Source: Bdellovibrionales bacterium (GTDB taxonomy: Bacteria > Bdellovibrionota > UBA1018). From it: a stretch of DNA of 64,000 bases. The notes beneath the pieces were generated by a model. It saw only the letters and a program-made list of their open reading frames with translations. It was not told the origin of the DNA and made no database searches. Each line of letters starts with the position of its first letter. Position 1 is the first letter of the stretch. Shown piece after piece: positions 28,469 to 38,829 of the stretch. The stretch is taken from NCBI GenBank assembly GCA_947380295.1, contig CANCQK010000002.1, positions 10,557 to 74,556 of the forward strand, written 5' to 3'. The position numbers and the translations under genes were made by a program.

Positions 28469-28544
<76 letters not shown>

Positions 28545-28684
28545 TTTTTAAATTCCTTTCTCATTGGATTTCCCTTCACTAAGCTCAAAAAATTGTGTTG
28601 TCCTGGTCGCTAGGTGAGTCTTTATTGATTCTTCCAGTCGGTCGTGTTTTAGTTCCTATTGGATCAGCCTGGGGGGGTTGGGAA

Positions 28685-29902
28685 ATGAACACGTCCATCA
28701 CGTTAGAGCAAATTCAAGAAGCGCGTCGGGTTTTAAGTCTTTATCTGACTCCCTCTCCACTTGTTTACAATGCGTGGCTGTCTGAATCCCTTCAGTGTCA
28801 GGTCTATCTGAAATTGGAAAATATGCAGCCCATCGGGTCATTTAAAATCCGCGGTGCAACCTATAAAATTACTCGTCTCACCGAAGAGCAAAAGAAGCTT
28901 GGGGTCATTGCAGCAAGTGCAGGCAATCATGCTCAGGGTGTGGCTTGGGGCTCGAGACAACTGGGTGTTAAATCTCTGATTGTGATGCCTGTTACGGCTG
29001 CTTTGGTAAAAGTTCAAAACACTCAGGCGTTGGGAGCCGAAATTCTGCTCCATGGGAGCAGCTACGATCAGGCTTATGCTAAGGCTCAGGAAATTGCCGC
29101 ACAAACCGGACGAATTTTTATTAACGCGTTTGAAGATGCAGATGTGATCCGAGGGCAAGGCGTAGCGGGTCTGGAAATTCTCGAGCAGTTGCCCGATGTG
29201 GACTGGGTCATTGGAGCGGTCGGTGGTGGTGGGCTAGTGTCAGGAGTGGGAACGGCGATCAAAGCACTCAGGCCGCAGGTTAAGATGGCAGCCTGTCAGG
29301 CTCAGGGCGCTGCTTCTATGGTGCGCTCCATTGAGCAGGGTAAAGCGACAGCGCTCGCCAAAATTGATACGTTTGCGGACGGCATCGCCGTGATGAAAGC
29401 CAGTGAGTTCATGCGTCAGATCCTGGCGCCTTTGGTCGATGAGTGGGTCGAGGTTGAAGACGATGATATCGCTGCTGCGGTCCTGACTTTGTTGGAGAAA
29501 GGCAAAACCATTGCCGAAGGCTCTGGCGCTGCTGCGCTTGCGGGGCTTTATGAGATTAAGTCCCAAATTCGGGGCAAAAAAGTAGTGGTGATTGTCAGCG
29601 GCGGTAATATTGACGTGAATGTATTAGCTCGTATTATTGATGTGGGACTCGTTCGCGCCGGCCGACGAGTCCGAGTGAATATTGTGATTCCCGACCGGCC
29701 TGGTACCCTCGCTAAGGTGACGCAGCTCATTGCTGATCAAGGGGCAAACATTTTGCAAGCAATTCATGATCGTAATGAGCCATCGAATCAGCTCAACGAA
29801 ACTGAAGTTGCTTTGACATTAGAGACCCGAGGTCCTGAGTATAGCCGAGCACTGATTGAAGAGTTGAGAAAAAGTGTAATTCGACTCGAACTCACTCATT
29901 AA
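28685..29902 (+). CDS. ilvA: threonine ammonia-lyase (threonine dehydratase), PLP-dependent with a C-terminal regulatory domain
   Basis: The GSFKIRGA PLP-lysine motif; Gly-rich loop GGGGLVSGVG. The ORF track starts at 28595; I take the Met at 28685. Confidence 0.8.
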   Translation: MNTSITLEQIQEARRVLSLYLTPSPLVYNAWLSESLQCQVYLKLENMQPIGSFKIRGATYKITRLTEEQKKLGVIAASAGNHAQGVAWGSRQLGVKSLIVMPVTAALVKVQNTQALGAEILLHGSSYDQAYAKAQEIAAQTGRIFINAFEDADVIRGQGVAGLEILEQLPDVDWVIGAVGGGGLVSGVGTAIKALRPQVKMAACQAQGAASMVRSIEQGKATALAKIDTFADGIAVMKASEFMRQILAPLVDEWVEVEDDDIAAAVLTLLEKGKTIAEGSGAAALAGLYEIKSQIRGKKVVVIVSGGNIDVNVLARIIDVGLVRAGRRVRVNIVIPDRPGTLAKVTQLIADQGANILQAIHDRNEPSNQLNETEVALTLETRGPEYSRALIEELRKSVIRLELTH

Positions 29903-29926
29903 ATTCAGTAAAGAATAAAAGCATCG

Positions 29927-31924
29927 GTGGGGGGAAATTTGATGATACGGGTTAAACGCCTTTATTTAGGTGCGCTTATCTGCGGATTGGTGCTGCTTAA
30001 TGCTTGCGGTCTGTTTCATCGAGAAAATGTGGCTGAAGGAGGAGGGGTCTGCGCGCCAACTCAGTTGAGCCAGGTGGCAGGCAGCACAGGATCAGCTGCT
30101 GTCTTTATGATGGACCCTATTGCGAGTTCTGGTAATCCCCAACTAGCACCCAATTCAAGCCCCTTGGATGAATATGCGACTACGGTTGGTCTTTCGAGAC
30201 TCTCAGGACTAGGAGTTCTCGATGGGCAGTTCGTGTCGATCCGAAACCGAGTTCATTGTTCGGATCACTTCGGAGCCTATCACGCAAAAAATCAATTCGA
30301 GTACCCTCATAGTGATTTTCGATTTCAAGAGGCAATGAGCTATTATTTTGGGGATGAGTACCAGAATCGACTGAAAAATAATGGATACCTAGTCTCTCGT
30401 GATCCAACCGTGATCATAGCTCACTGTGAGACAGTGGATAACTCCTACTTCACCAAGGCTCACGATACGTCTGGGCAGATCTATAATGGGAGAGAATTTA
30501 ATGAAGTCTGTTTAGGAGATTCAAAATACTCTCCAGGAGCTTTTTACGCAGATGACGCTCAAGTCGTCATTCACGAGCTTCAGCATGCTGCGACAGTGGA
30601 CAACTACTCGGCGATCACCAATCTCAATCAGTTTTTTTATGATGAGGCAGGAAGCCTGAATGAAGGAATTTCTGATTTTATGAGCCTTGGATTTGCCGAC
30701 AACTTGTCTCCCTCTTCTCCGGGGTTGGACAGTCGGATTTTCAGCCGCTGGGCTCTGGGCACGTTTAATCCCAAGCCTAATCATAGCAGTGTGCGAGGTG
30801 CTCATCGCTGTCCCATGTATGATTCAAAATTCTCAGATAACTGTTCGTCTTACCCTAAGTTTGCCCTGCCGTCTGAAAGTAACAACTACACGACGACAGT
30901 GAGTTTTATCTACCCGGACGGGTTAGGCTGGCCCTTTCCAGATAACTTTAAGAGCCAAAACATCCTTTCGAATATTTATCAGTCGTATGCTTATAATCAA
31001 GAAATTCACAACAATGACTTGATCGTTACAGGGGCTCTTTGGGATGTGTATTCAGCTTTAAAGAAGCTTCGATCGGGAGATGGCTGGACTGCCTTTGATC
31101 TTACTCAAAAATTGGTGATGGAAGGGGTGCGGCACTTGCCAACTCCAACACGTCAAAATCGATCACCCGTCACGTTCATTCAGTTTGCAAACAAACTCGT
31201 TGATTCGATTGCTCTCGTTCCTGAGTTCAGTGCAACAGATCGAGCTGCAATTGTTCAGGTGCTCAAAGAGCGGGGACTTTATCAGTCAGCAACGCTTCGC
31301 TCAGAGACCTGGGTGACGGAGGGTTCCGGAACATTTAAACTTCGTCCTTACACTCCGACTCCTGGGGTATTTATCCAAGACAATCCTCAAGTGCTTGCCA
31401 AGTGGCTGACGCAAATGGGGATTGATTCAGGTGTGATCGGTCAGGGGCTGTCGAGTGGGTTGAATTCGATGTTGGATCCCGGTGAGTTTGGAGTGATTTG
31501 GTTTGATCTCCAAAATGAGGATGACCTGACGGCAGGTGGGATTTTACTCACGGTGGTCTCTTCTGATTCTGATGTTGAAATCCTGGATGATTCATTCAAC
31601 GTAGGATTTTCAATGAATGAAGGGGTTGGGCAGGCTCAAATCATGTATTCGAAGGTGAATGGCAAGACCATGGCGGGAATTCTAGCTCCTCTGTCAACTA
31701 CTTCGTTAGATCAAAATTCGACTCTCAGCACTTTAGGGAACACCTATTTCACAACTGATCCATTATTTGCCTTGAGTTACCGGACTGGAATTTGGGTGAA
31801 AGTTAATCCAAATGCTGAACACGGAAAGATCGTTGAGTTTCAGGTTCAGGCGGTGCCAGCCAATGCATCGGGGGCTGCTCAGAATCAGCCCGTGACGCTC
31901 AGATTTCCAGTGGTGATTAACTAG
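29927..31924 (+). CDS. secreted M4 (thermolysin-like) zinc metalloprotease lipoprotein
   Basis: Lipobox LLNACG. VVIHELQHAATVD (HExxH) followed by LNEGISDF, which parallels the thermolysin HELTHAVT...NEAISD motifs. Confidence 0.65.
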   Translation: MGGNLMIRVKRLYLGALICGLVLLNACGLFHRENVAEGGGVCAPTQLSQVAGSTGSAAVFMMDPIASSGNPQLAPNSSPLDEYATTVGLSRLSGLGVLDGQFVSIRNRVHCSDHFGAYHAKNQFEYPHSDFRFQEAMSYYFGDEYQNRLKNNGYLVSRDPTVIIAHCETVDNSYFTKAHDTSGQIYNGREFNEVCLGDSKYSPGAFYADDAQVVIHELQHAATVDNYSAITNLNQFFYDEAGSLNEGISDFMSLGFADNLSPSSPGLDSRIFSRWALGTFNPKPNHSSVRGAHRCPMYDSKFSDNCSSYPKFALPSESNNYTTTVSFIYPDGLGWPFPDNFKSQNILSNIYQSYAYNQEIHNNDLIVTGALWDVYSALKKLRSGDGWTAFDLTQKLVMEGVRHLPTPTRQNRSPVTFIQFANKLVDSIALVPEFSATDRAAIVQVLKERGLYQSATLRSETWVTEGSGTFKLRPYTPTPGVFIQDNPQVLAKWLTQMGIDSGVIGQGLSSGLNSMLDPGEFGVIWFDLQNEDDLTAGGILLTVVSSDSDVEILDDSFNVGFSMNEGVGQAQIMYSKVNGKTMAGILAPLSTTSLDQNSTLSTLGNTYFTTDPLFALSYRTGIWVKVNPNAEHGKIVEFQVQAVPANASGAAQNQPVTLRFPVVIN

Positions 31925-31943
31925 TTAATGAAGGCGGGGATTC

Positions 31944-32777
31944 ATGCTCAAAGATCAACGAAGTATCCTCTGGATCATTCTAGTCATCCTTGCACTTACG
32001 ATCTATCATTTTGCTAATTTAAAGCGTTCACAACTGAATCGACCTGAGGTTCAAAAGCACTTTGACACTCAGCCTCTGCTTCCCTCGTCTTCGCCCCTTC
32101 CCTCGGTGCGTCCATCTTCTCAGCCCAGAAAATCCCCTCGGGCATCTGGATCAGATCAAGTTCCTAAGCATTGGAGCCAATTTAAATCTAAATATGGGGA
32201 GGATTTGATCGCTCAGTTTACGCCCGATCACCTCCTGAGCTCGATTCAGGGCCGGATAGGACAGGGCGCGCCTCAGGGGGTCGACTTCGACTTCAGGAAT
32301 GAAGGGCAGATTAAGGCAAGGGCCGAGGCGATTATTCGTGAGCTGTCCGTTCTGATCGGTGAGCGTCCAGATTGGCCCATTGAGTTTTCGGAGATTCGTC
32401 TTGGACCAGGCTCAGGGCAAGCCTATTTTCAGCAAACTTATCAGGGGCTTAAAGTCAAACCTATGGGGGGGGTGAAAGTCGATTTGGGACCCTCAGGAGA
32501 GATTATTGGGTTTTACTCTGACTACGCTGCTCAAGTTCAATCGGTGACCCCTGCGTCACTTTCCGAGTCGGTAGTTCGAGAAAAGGCAAGAGAGGCCCTG
32601 ACTCTACAAAGCTTACCGGGCTTGAGCCTCAGTTCGATTCCGCCGGGAGAGAAAATCGTCTGGGTGTCTGGGGGAGTAGGTCGTGTTGCTTACGAGTTCT
32701 TTGTTCAGGGTCGAAACGTGGTGATTGATGCTCAACAAGGACGCACCCTTCTTTTCAGAGATCGCCGGCACTTCTAG
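31944..32777 (+). CDS. membrane-anchored PepSY-like protein (possible protease inhibitor or partner)
   Basis: N-terminal transmembrane helix. The C-terminal segments end in a PepSY-like pattern (VAYEFFVQGRNVVIDAQQGRTLL). Directly downstream of the M4-like protease. Confidence 0.4.
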   Translation: MLKDQRSILWIILVILALTIYHFANLKRSQLNRPEVQKHFDTQPLLPSSSPLPSVRPSSQPRKSPRASGSDQVPKHWSQFKSKYGEDLIAQFTPDHLLSSIQGRIGQGAPQGVDFDFRNEGQIKARAEAIIRELSVLIGERPDWPIEFSEIRLGPGSGQAYFQQTYQGLKVKPMGGVKVDLGPSGEIIGFYSDYAAQVQSVTPASLSESVVREKAREALTLQSLPGLSLSSIPPGEKIVWVSGGVGRVAYEFFVQGRNVVIDAQQGRTLLFRDRRHF

Positions 32778-32806
32778 GAACTGAATAAGTTTGATATCCT
32801 GATTCT

Positions 32807-35179
32807 ATGCAATCCTTTAGGAATAGTGTTTCAATCATCGGATTAGGGATAGTTTTTGGATGCTCGTCCACGCAGCCTGGGAGGTTTTCAGACTCTCCTG
32901 ATCATGAGCGTAAGGTTTGCACACCCGAGGTGCCTGAGAAAAGGCAGACCCACCTTCCTCGCCTGGATACGCTCTCGCCTCTTGAAGGTTCAAGTGAGGG
33001 GGGGAGTCTACTTAAAGTGACCGGTCAGGGGTTTAAACCGGGAGTTCAAGTTTTTCTCGGGAGTGCTCTTTGCGAGGGTTTGAGCTTTCTAAAACCGTCC
33101 GAACTGACCTGTTCAACCTCAAGTCAACCGGCAGGTGAAGTCGACGTGATTGTCGTTAATCCAGATCAAGGCTGTGATTTAATTAAAAGAGGATTTCACT
33201 TTACGCAGGTGGTCGGTATTTTGCCTAAAAAAGTTCGCCTTGCCGTCGGGGATGAATTTCAATTTCATTCTCAAAATGCAACGGCTCCCCTCGAATTTAA
33301 AATCATCGAGGGTTCAGGAAAAATAGATTCTAAAACGGGAGTTTTCACCGCAATGGCTCCTGAAGGAAACGTCCTCGTTCAGTTGATGGACGGCAAGGGA
33401 ACCAAAGATACGGCCACGATTCAAGTTCGACCAGTTCTTGGTATTTCTGTGAGTGCGAATCAGTTGAGTGTGGGTGGAAGTGCTTTTGTATCGGCCTCAG
33501 GTGGTGTTAGTCCGTATGAATTTACGATCGATCCGCAGGATGGGATGATCGACTCGACGGGGCGGTTGACTGTCGTGCGGGCTTCGAATGATATCGCCGT
33601 CAAGGTGACAGATGTTTTAAATCATTCAGCGGTGTCCCACATTAAAGGAGTGGATGGAGTTCGGTTAAGCGGTCCACAGAAACTTGAAGTCAAACGGCAA
33701 GTCGCCCTTCCTGTTCAAGGTGGTTTCCCTCCTTATTCTTTTGAGATCGTTTCAGGAGGGGGCAAGGTGGATCCAGCTACTGGGCAGTTTACTGCAGCAG
33801 ATCAGCCCGGAAGCGTGGTCGTTTCGGTCAAGGACTCCGCGGGAAGTGCTCATCAAATCTCCATTGTGGTGATACCGGAACTGACGCTCACTCCTAGTCA
33901 GGCCGTCTTAGCTTCTGGGAGTAAGCTGCAGTTGACGGCTATGGGTGGCTTCATGCCGTATTCCTTTCGGATCAGTAATGGGGCAGGACAGGTGAACCCC
34001 AATTCCGGGGAGTACACGGCACCTGATGTGACTACTTTGGATTCGGTCGAGGTGAAGGATGCGAATGGATCAGTGTTTGTGTCTCGAATAGAAGTGAAGT
34101 CCCTCATGCAGCCGAGAGTTCTTTCAGCGTCTTTGACTCACACGTGTGCCGTAACTCACGGAGCAGCAAAGTGTTGGGGAGAGAACCTTTACGGACAGTT
34201 AGGGGACGGAAGCGAATCGAGGCGATTACAGCCTCAGGCTGTTTTGGGACTCGAGGAAAATGTTTTTAGCGTGGCGACCGGTTATCGGCATTCCTGTGCC
34301 CTGATGACTGGAGGATCTGTGATGTGTTGGGGTGATAATTCTAAGGGGCAACTCGGCATCCAGAGTGCCGCGGATCAGTCGATCGCAAAAAGCAATAGAC
34401 CTCGCACAGTTGCAGGTCTGAATCGTGGAGTGGTTGCTATCGCTGCCGGTCAGTATCACACTTGTGCAGTTCGGGATGCGAAGGTGTTTTGCTGGGGTGA
34501 TAACTCTAAAGGACAGCTCGGAGTTTCCTTTGCAAAAATGAGCAGCATTCCAGTTCAAGTGGACGGAATTCTAGACGGTGCTCAAGCGATTACCGCGGGG
34601 ACCTTTCATTCCTGTGCCGTGGTGAGCGGAGCAGCTCAGTGCTGGGGGTGGAATTATAACGGCCAATTAGGCAATGGGAGCCGAGTGGATAGTCATTTAC
34701 CGGTGGCCGTTGAAACCCTAAATCAGGGGGTTCGCAATTTAGCCTCAAGAGGAAATCACACCTGCGCTCAAACCGATCGTGGGCTTTATTGCTGGGGTTA
34801 TAATGCCTCGGGGCAATTGGGCAACTGGAGTACGCAGAGCGAATCGGTGCCTGTTCTGGTTAAGGGTTTAGCTGGAATGGTTGAGGAAGTGTCGCCTGGC
34901 TTTCAACATACGTGTGTGCGCACTTCCCTTGAGCCTTGGGTTCAATGTTGGGGGTTGAATTACTATGGTCAAATTGGAAAAAAAGGCGCGCTTTTGGAGA
35001 AATTACCTCAGCCTGTGAAGCTTTCTGGTACTGCGACCGCATTGAGCTCGGGGGTAGATCACACCTGCGCCCTTTTGGGGGAGAGCTTTTCTTGCTGGGG
35101 ACGCAACTCGACAGGGCAGTTGGGTGATCGGACCACCCAGGATCGAGCGGATTCAGACGTGAAGAGAAAATTAGATTGA
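32807..35179 (+). CDS. lipoprotein with Ig-like/IPT domains and a C-terminal RCC1-repeat beta-propeller
   Basis: Lipobox VFGCSS. Repeated CWGxNxxGQLG units, about seven in total. Confidence 0.75.
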   Translation: MQSFRNSVSIIGLGIVFGCSSTQPGRFSDSPDHERKVCTPEVPEKRQTHLPRLDTLSPLEGSSEGGSLLKVTGQGFKPGVQVFLGSALCEGLSFLKPSELTCSTSSQPAGEVDVIVVNPDQGCDLIKRGFHFTQVVGILPKKVRLAVGDEFQFHSQNATAPLEFKIIEGSGKIDSKTGVFTAMAPEGNVLVQLMDGKGTKDTATIQVRPVLGISVSANQLSVGGSAFVSASGGVSPYEFTIDPQDGMIDSTGRLTVVRASNDIAVKVTDVLNHSAVSHIKGVDGVRLSGPQKLEVKRQVALPVQGGFPPYSFEIVSGGGKVDPATGQFTAADQPGSVVVSVKDSAGSAHQISIVVIPELTLTPSQAVLASGSKLQLTAMGGFMPYSFRISNGAGQVNPNSGEYTAPDVTTLDSVEVKDANGSVFVSRIEVKSLMQPRVLSASLTHTCAVTHGAAKCWGENLYGQLGDGSESRRLQPQAVLGLEENVFSVATGYRHSCALMTGGSVMCWGDNSKGQLGIQSAADQSIAKSNRPRTVAGLNRGVVAIAAGQYHTCAVRDAKVFCWGDNSKGQLGVSFAKMSSIPVQVDGILDGAQAITAGTFHSCAVVSGAAQCWGWNYNGQLGNGSRVDSHLPVAVETLNQGVRNLASRGNHTCAQTDRGLYCWGYNASGQLGNWSTQSESVPVLVKGLAGMVEEVSPGFQHTCVRTSLEPWVQCWGLNYYGQIGKKGALLEKLPQPVKLSGTATALSSGVDHTCALLGESFSCWGRNSTGQLGDRTTQDRADSDVKRKLD

Positions 35180-35181
35180 AA

Positions 35182-35259
35182 TGGCGACCCCGGAGAGGTT
35201 CGAACTCCCGACCTGATGCTTAGAAGGCACCTGCTCTGATCCAGCTGAGCTACGGGGTC
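35182..35259 (-). tRNA. tRNA-Arg (anticodon TCT)
   Basis: Reverse complement folds as acceptor GACCCCG/CGGGGTC, D arm GCTC...GAGC, anticodon loop CTTCTAA, TΨC arm GGGAG-TTCGAAC-CTCTC, CCA. Confidence 0.8.
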
Positions 35260-35305
35260 GCATTACGCTGAGAAAGAACCTTTTTTGAGGTTGCTTCGTT
35301 TTTTA

Positions 35306-35391
35306 TGGTGCTCGCGGAGGGACTCGAACCCCCACACCAAAGGCACTGGCTTCTAAGACCAGCGTGTCTACCAATTCCACCACGCGAGCGC
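35306..35391 (-). tRNA. tRNA-Leu (anticodon TAG), type II with long variable arm
   Basis: Reverse complement gcgctcg...: anticodon stem CTGGT/GCCAG, loop CTTAGAA, long variable arm, TΨC arm GGGGG-TTCGAGT-CCCTC, CCA. Confidence 0.8.
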
Positions 35392-35459
35392 GTAAGATCG
35401 AGTATTTAAAACATTTTGACACATTTTGCCACAATCATTTTTGGGAGCGGCTGCTTTGC

Positions 35460-36098
35460 CTAGCTCCTACCCGAGAATAGGATGAGGCCCATGATTTTGT
35501 GCGAGGCACCATCGACTTCTAGGCTAGCCTCCTCCGATGCGTAGTCCAGGGCCGTCTTCTGGGATCGGTCCTTTGTGGCGCACCGGATACCGGGAGCCTT
35601 GACGAGGAGCTCGACGACCTTCCAGCAGGACTCTCGGGTGGCAAAAATCAAGGGTGTCCGCCCCAACTCGTCAATGGCGTTGACGTCAGCCTTATTTTTA
35701 ATGAGAAGTTCAGCTAGCTTAGGGGAGCAGTTGCGAGCTGCAAACATCAGGGGGCTCATTTTTGCTGAGGTCACCGTATTTACATTTGCCCCTTGATCGA
35801 TGACTCGCTGTGCATCAGTGATCCGGTCTTCTCGTGCCGCAAGTCGAAGCGAGTTGTTGAGTAGTTCTTTTTGGTCCCCTTCGAGCGAGACTAAAGTGCG
35901 GCTTGAGCTGCTCATCGATCTGCCTAAGTTCGGCGCAATATATGAGTACTCAGCAAAAAATTGATCGACAGGTAAATAATCTGCGTGCGCCAGCGATGAA
36001 ATAAAGTGGATGAATACTGTCGATAGAAAACAGACTCGAGCCCGAGTCAGTGACCGGGCTTTACGGCTGAAGCAAGTTTTCCTCATAGATCCCCCCAA
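35460..36098 (-). CDS. secreted ankyrin-repeat protein
   Basis: Signal peptide. Ankyrin repeats such as SPLMFAARNCSPKLAELLIKNKADVNAIDELGRTPLIFA. Confidence 0.7.
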   Translation of the reverse strand: MGGSMRKTCFSRKARSLTRARVCFLSTVFIHFISSLAHADYLPVDQFFAEYSYIAPNLGRSMSSSSRTLVSLEGDQKELLNNSLRLAAREDRITDAQRVIDQGANVNTVTSAKMSPLMFAARNCSPKLAELLIKNKADVNAIDELGRTPLIFATRESCWKVVELLVKAPGIRCATKDRSQKTALDYASEEASLEVDGASHKIMGLILFSGRS

Positions 36099-36186
36099 GG
36101 ATGAAGTGAGTTTCAGCTTGAAATCTCACTCCCGAAATCAAACTAACACAGAATTAATAAAATAAATGATTAAATTTGGAATTTTT

Positions 36187-37497
36187 TTAATGACACAGCT
36201 GGTTAGGCCTATCCATGGCCGCAGTCGAGTCGTCGCTCAGGAGCTTATGTAAATGGCCTACAAGATAAAGTGATCCAGTAATTAGAATTAAATCCTCTGA
36301 ACAGGCTAGCTTAAAAACTTCTTTGAGTGCAACTAGGGGTTCTGCGTGTGCGCCTCTCGCAAGATTCATCCAGTGATCATAGTCACGTAGAGGTCGACCT
36401 TTAAACGGAGTTTCAGTTAAGAAGATAGAGGTATCTGAGAGTTCAAACAGAGGTGCGATAATTTGATCTCGATCTTTGTCTTTTCCTATTCCGACTATGA
36501 TATAAAGATGCGTTCTTGGGTAATGGGGGAGTAATTTAAGCAGGCTCTTCACTCCCTGTGGATTATGATCCCCAGAGAAATAGATGGGACAAGGTGAGAT
36601 TGCACCTGTCCATTTTCCCATTCGCCCCTTCCAATTGACGTCCTTGAGCTTTGAAAGAAAAAGGGTAGGATCATAGCCGGCTTCGTTAAAGTAAGTGAGA
36701 GCCGTTGCGGTATTTTCAGCGCCTCGGCGTCCAGCTAGGGCGAGCTGTCCTTCTCCCCACTGGGTTGAAATAAAAAACTGAGGTTCCCGAGTCTGTTGTT
36801 CTACCCTCTCTGTGAAAGGGATAGACTGTAACCAAGTGCTCGCCGTCTCCTGCTGCACTTGGCGAGCGAGAGCTGCAACCTCGTCTGGGAGCGGCGAGTG
36901 AACTACGATTGCTCCCTTCTGAACAATTCCGAATTTATTCGATGCGATCTCAGTTAAAGTATTTCCTAAAAGATTTTGGTGATCATATCCAAGTTGAGTG
37001 ATGATGCAGTGATGGTGCGGGATTGCATTGGTCGCGTCCCATTTGCCACCGAGTCCAACTTCAAAGATCGCTCGATCTACGCGTGGAAAAAGCGTTCCAG
37101 AAAAAAAAGTCCATGCGGCCATGACGGTTAGGATTTCGAAGTGAGTCAGTTTGACCCCTGAGATCCGCGCTTGCACTTCACGGTAGACTTGGCAAAATTG
37201 ATCTTCAGTCAGCTGGACTCCATTGATTCGGATCCGTTCCGTGGTGCTTTCTAAATGGGGCGAAGTGTAAAGCCCTACGGTTTCGCCAGCCGCTAAAAAC
37301 AGGGTTTCCAGAGTGGCGCAAACACTGCCCTTACCGTTGGTGCCTGCAACTACAACTGTTTGGTCAGGGCGCCAGCAAGAGGGCGAGAGCACGAGCTCGA
37401 GTGCATCTTGGGTAGTCTGGATTCCGGGGGGGCGATCGGGCATGATGCCCAGGGCTTCAATTTCAGAGATGATGCGGAGAAACTCTAGATTTGGCAT
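36187..37497 (-). CDS. folC: bifunctional folylpolyglutamate synthase / dihydrofolate synthase
   Basis: VVVAGTNGKGSV P-loop, Mur-ligase-like, 436 aa. Confidence 0.85.
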   Translation of the reverse strand: MPNLEFLRIISEIEALGIMPDRPPGIQTTQDALELVLSPSCWRPDQTVVVAGTNGKGSVCATLETLFLAAGETVGLYTSPHLESTTERIRINGVQLTEDQFCQVYREVQARISGVKLTHFEILTVMAAWTFFSGTLFPRVDRAIFEVGLGGKWDATNAIPHHHCIITQLGYDHQNLLGNTLTEIASNKFGIVQKGAIVVHSPLPDEVAALARQVQQETASTWLQSIPFTERVEQQTREPQFFISTQWGEGQLALAGRRGAENTATALTYFNEAGYDPTLFLSKLKDVNWKGRMGKWTGAISPCPIYFSGDHNPQGVKSLLKLLPHYPRTHLYIIVGIGKDKDRDQIIAPLFELSDTSIFLTETPFKGRPLRDYDHWMNLARGAHAEPLVALKEVFKLACSEDLILITGSLYLVGHLHKLLSDDSTAAMDRPNQLCH

Positions 37498-38807
37498 CGA
37501 ATGACTCCGTTCGCATGAGACCAGGTTTTGAGGGAGCGAGCATTGAGGATAGGGTCATGAACTCGAAGGTAGTCGGCTCCCTTTTCGTAGAGATCAACAG
37601 AGAGAGTTGCTGTTTCGGGGTCTCTGAGATGGGCTGGGAAATTTCCGAGTACGGAGAGAAACGACTTACGAGAGTGACCTACTAGTGTTTTTACACCAAG
37701 CTCATGAAATCGTCTGAAATGCCGGATGATTTCCCAGTTTTGAGTTTGAGTTTTTCCAAACCCAAGTCCTGGGTCAAAGACGAGTTGCTCTCGGCTAATT
37801 CCAAGCTCTAATAGAGAGCGAATTTTCTGATCTCCCCATTTCAGTAGAAGATCAATCGGATCGATGCCTTCTGGGATTACTAAGTCTTTGCGAGAGGGCA
37901 CGCTCAAGCTGTGCATAAAGACAGCTGTAGCTCCAGAGTTTGCTGCGATTCGAGCCATTTCTGGATTTTCAAATCCCGACACATCATTGATCCAGTGGAC
38001 TCCACGGGAGACGGCCCAGTCGGCCACTTCTGGATTTCGAGAGTCTAAACTTAAAATGAGGTGATTTTCCTTGAGCTCAGAATCTTCTGTGAGAGCCTCT
38101 AATAGGGGTTCGAGACGACTCCGTTCTTCGCGAGGAGTGAGAGTCGTTGCACCAGGTCGAGTGGATTCTGCACCAAGGTCTAAAATGCGAATGCCTTGTC
38201 GGCTCCAAGTTCGAGCAGTTTCTAGTGCAGCCTGTGGGCATTGATGCCGACCTCCATCTGAAAAGGAATCCGGAGTGACATTTAAAATTCCCACTAATTC
38301 CGTCAATGTGAGGTTGGAGCGATGAGTGGAGGAGTTGGTGCGAAGTTCAGAGATTCTTCGTCGGTGATGAGGTCCTGAGTTCGGAAGTTCCCACTCGGGT
38401 GCTAAATCGCCAAAGGGGAGGTATGCAAAGGGGCGTTGGTCCAATCCAGCATGAGGGAGAGTTAACTCTTCTGTTGTAAAGACCTCAGAGTCACGAGCTA
38501 AGATGTCGATATCAATTTCGCGCGGAGCCCATCTGCCTCGGTTTTGACGTCCAATGTCGGCTTCAGTTTTCTTTACGAATTTGAGAAGATCGATTGATGG
38601 CAGAGAGGACGAGCAAAGAACGGCGAGATTCAGGTAAGGACGATCCCAGTGAGTGGGGGAGTCGGGGAGGAGAAGTGCAGGGGATTCATAGATCGGGGAA
38701 ATCCCTTGAACTTGAATTTTTTCCGGCGCGGATTTGAGTCTTTGGATTGCTCGTCGTAGAAAACTGAGCCGGTCTCCACAATTGCTGCCCATTCCTAAGA
38801 TAATCAT
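37485..38807 (-). CDS. fused HPPK (FolK) and dihydropteroate synthase (FolP); the ORF is open to 38870, the Met at 38807 is the likely start
   Basis: HPPK N-terminal domain: MIILGMGSNCGDRLSFL...ISPIYESPA...EIDIDIL. DHPS C-terminal domain: ILNVTPDSFSDGG pterin-binding start. Confidence 0.8.
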   Translation of the reverse strand: MIILGMGSNCGDRLSFLRRAIQRLKSAPEKIQVQGISPIYESPALLLPDSPTHWDRPYLNLAVLCSSSLPSIDLLKFVKKTEADIGRQNRGRWAPREIDIDILARDSEVFTTEELTLPHAGLDQRPFAYLPFGDLAPEWELPNSGPHHRRRISELRTNSSTHRSNLTLTELVGILNVTPDSFSDGGRHQCPQAALETARTWSRQGIRILDLGAESTRPGATTLTPREERSRLEPLLEALTEDSELKENHLILSLDSRNPEVADWAVSRGVHWINDVSGFENPEMARIAANSGATAVFMHSLSVPSRKDLVIPEGIDPIDLLLKWGDQKIRSLLELGISREQLVFDPGLGFGKTQTQNWEIIRHFRRFHELGVKTLVGHSRKSFLSVLGNFPAHLRDPETATLSVDLYEKGADYLRVHDPILNARSLKTWSHANGVIRCQI

Positions 38808-38829
38808 TTTTGCACCTGAGCTAATGGAT

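Noticed and set aside
28595-28684. Upstream extension of the threonine dehydratase ORF (possible leader peptide MLSWSLGESLLILPVGRVLVPIGSAWGGWE)
   Set aside because: No Ile/Thr codon run and no attenuator-like terminator/antiterminator. More likely just an in-frame open stretch upstream of the real Met at 28685.
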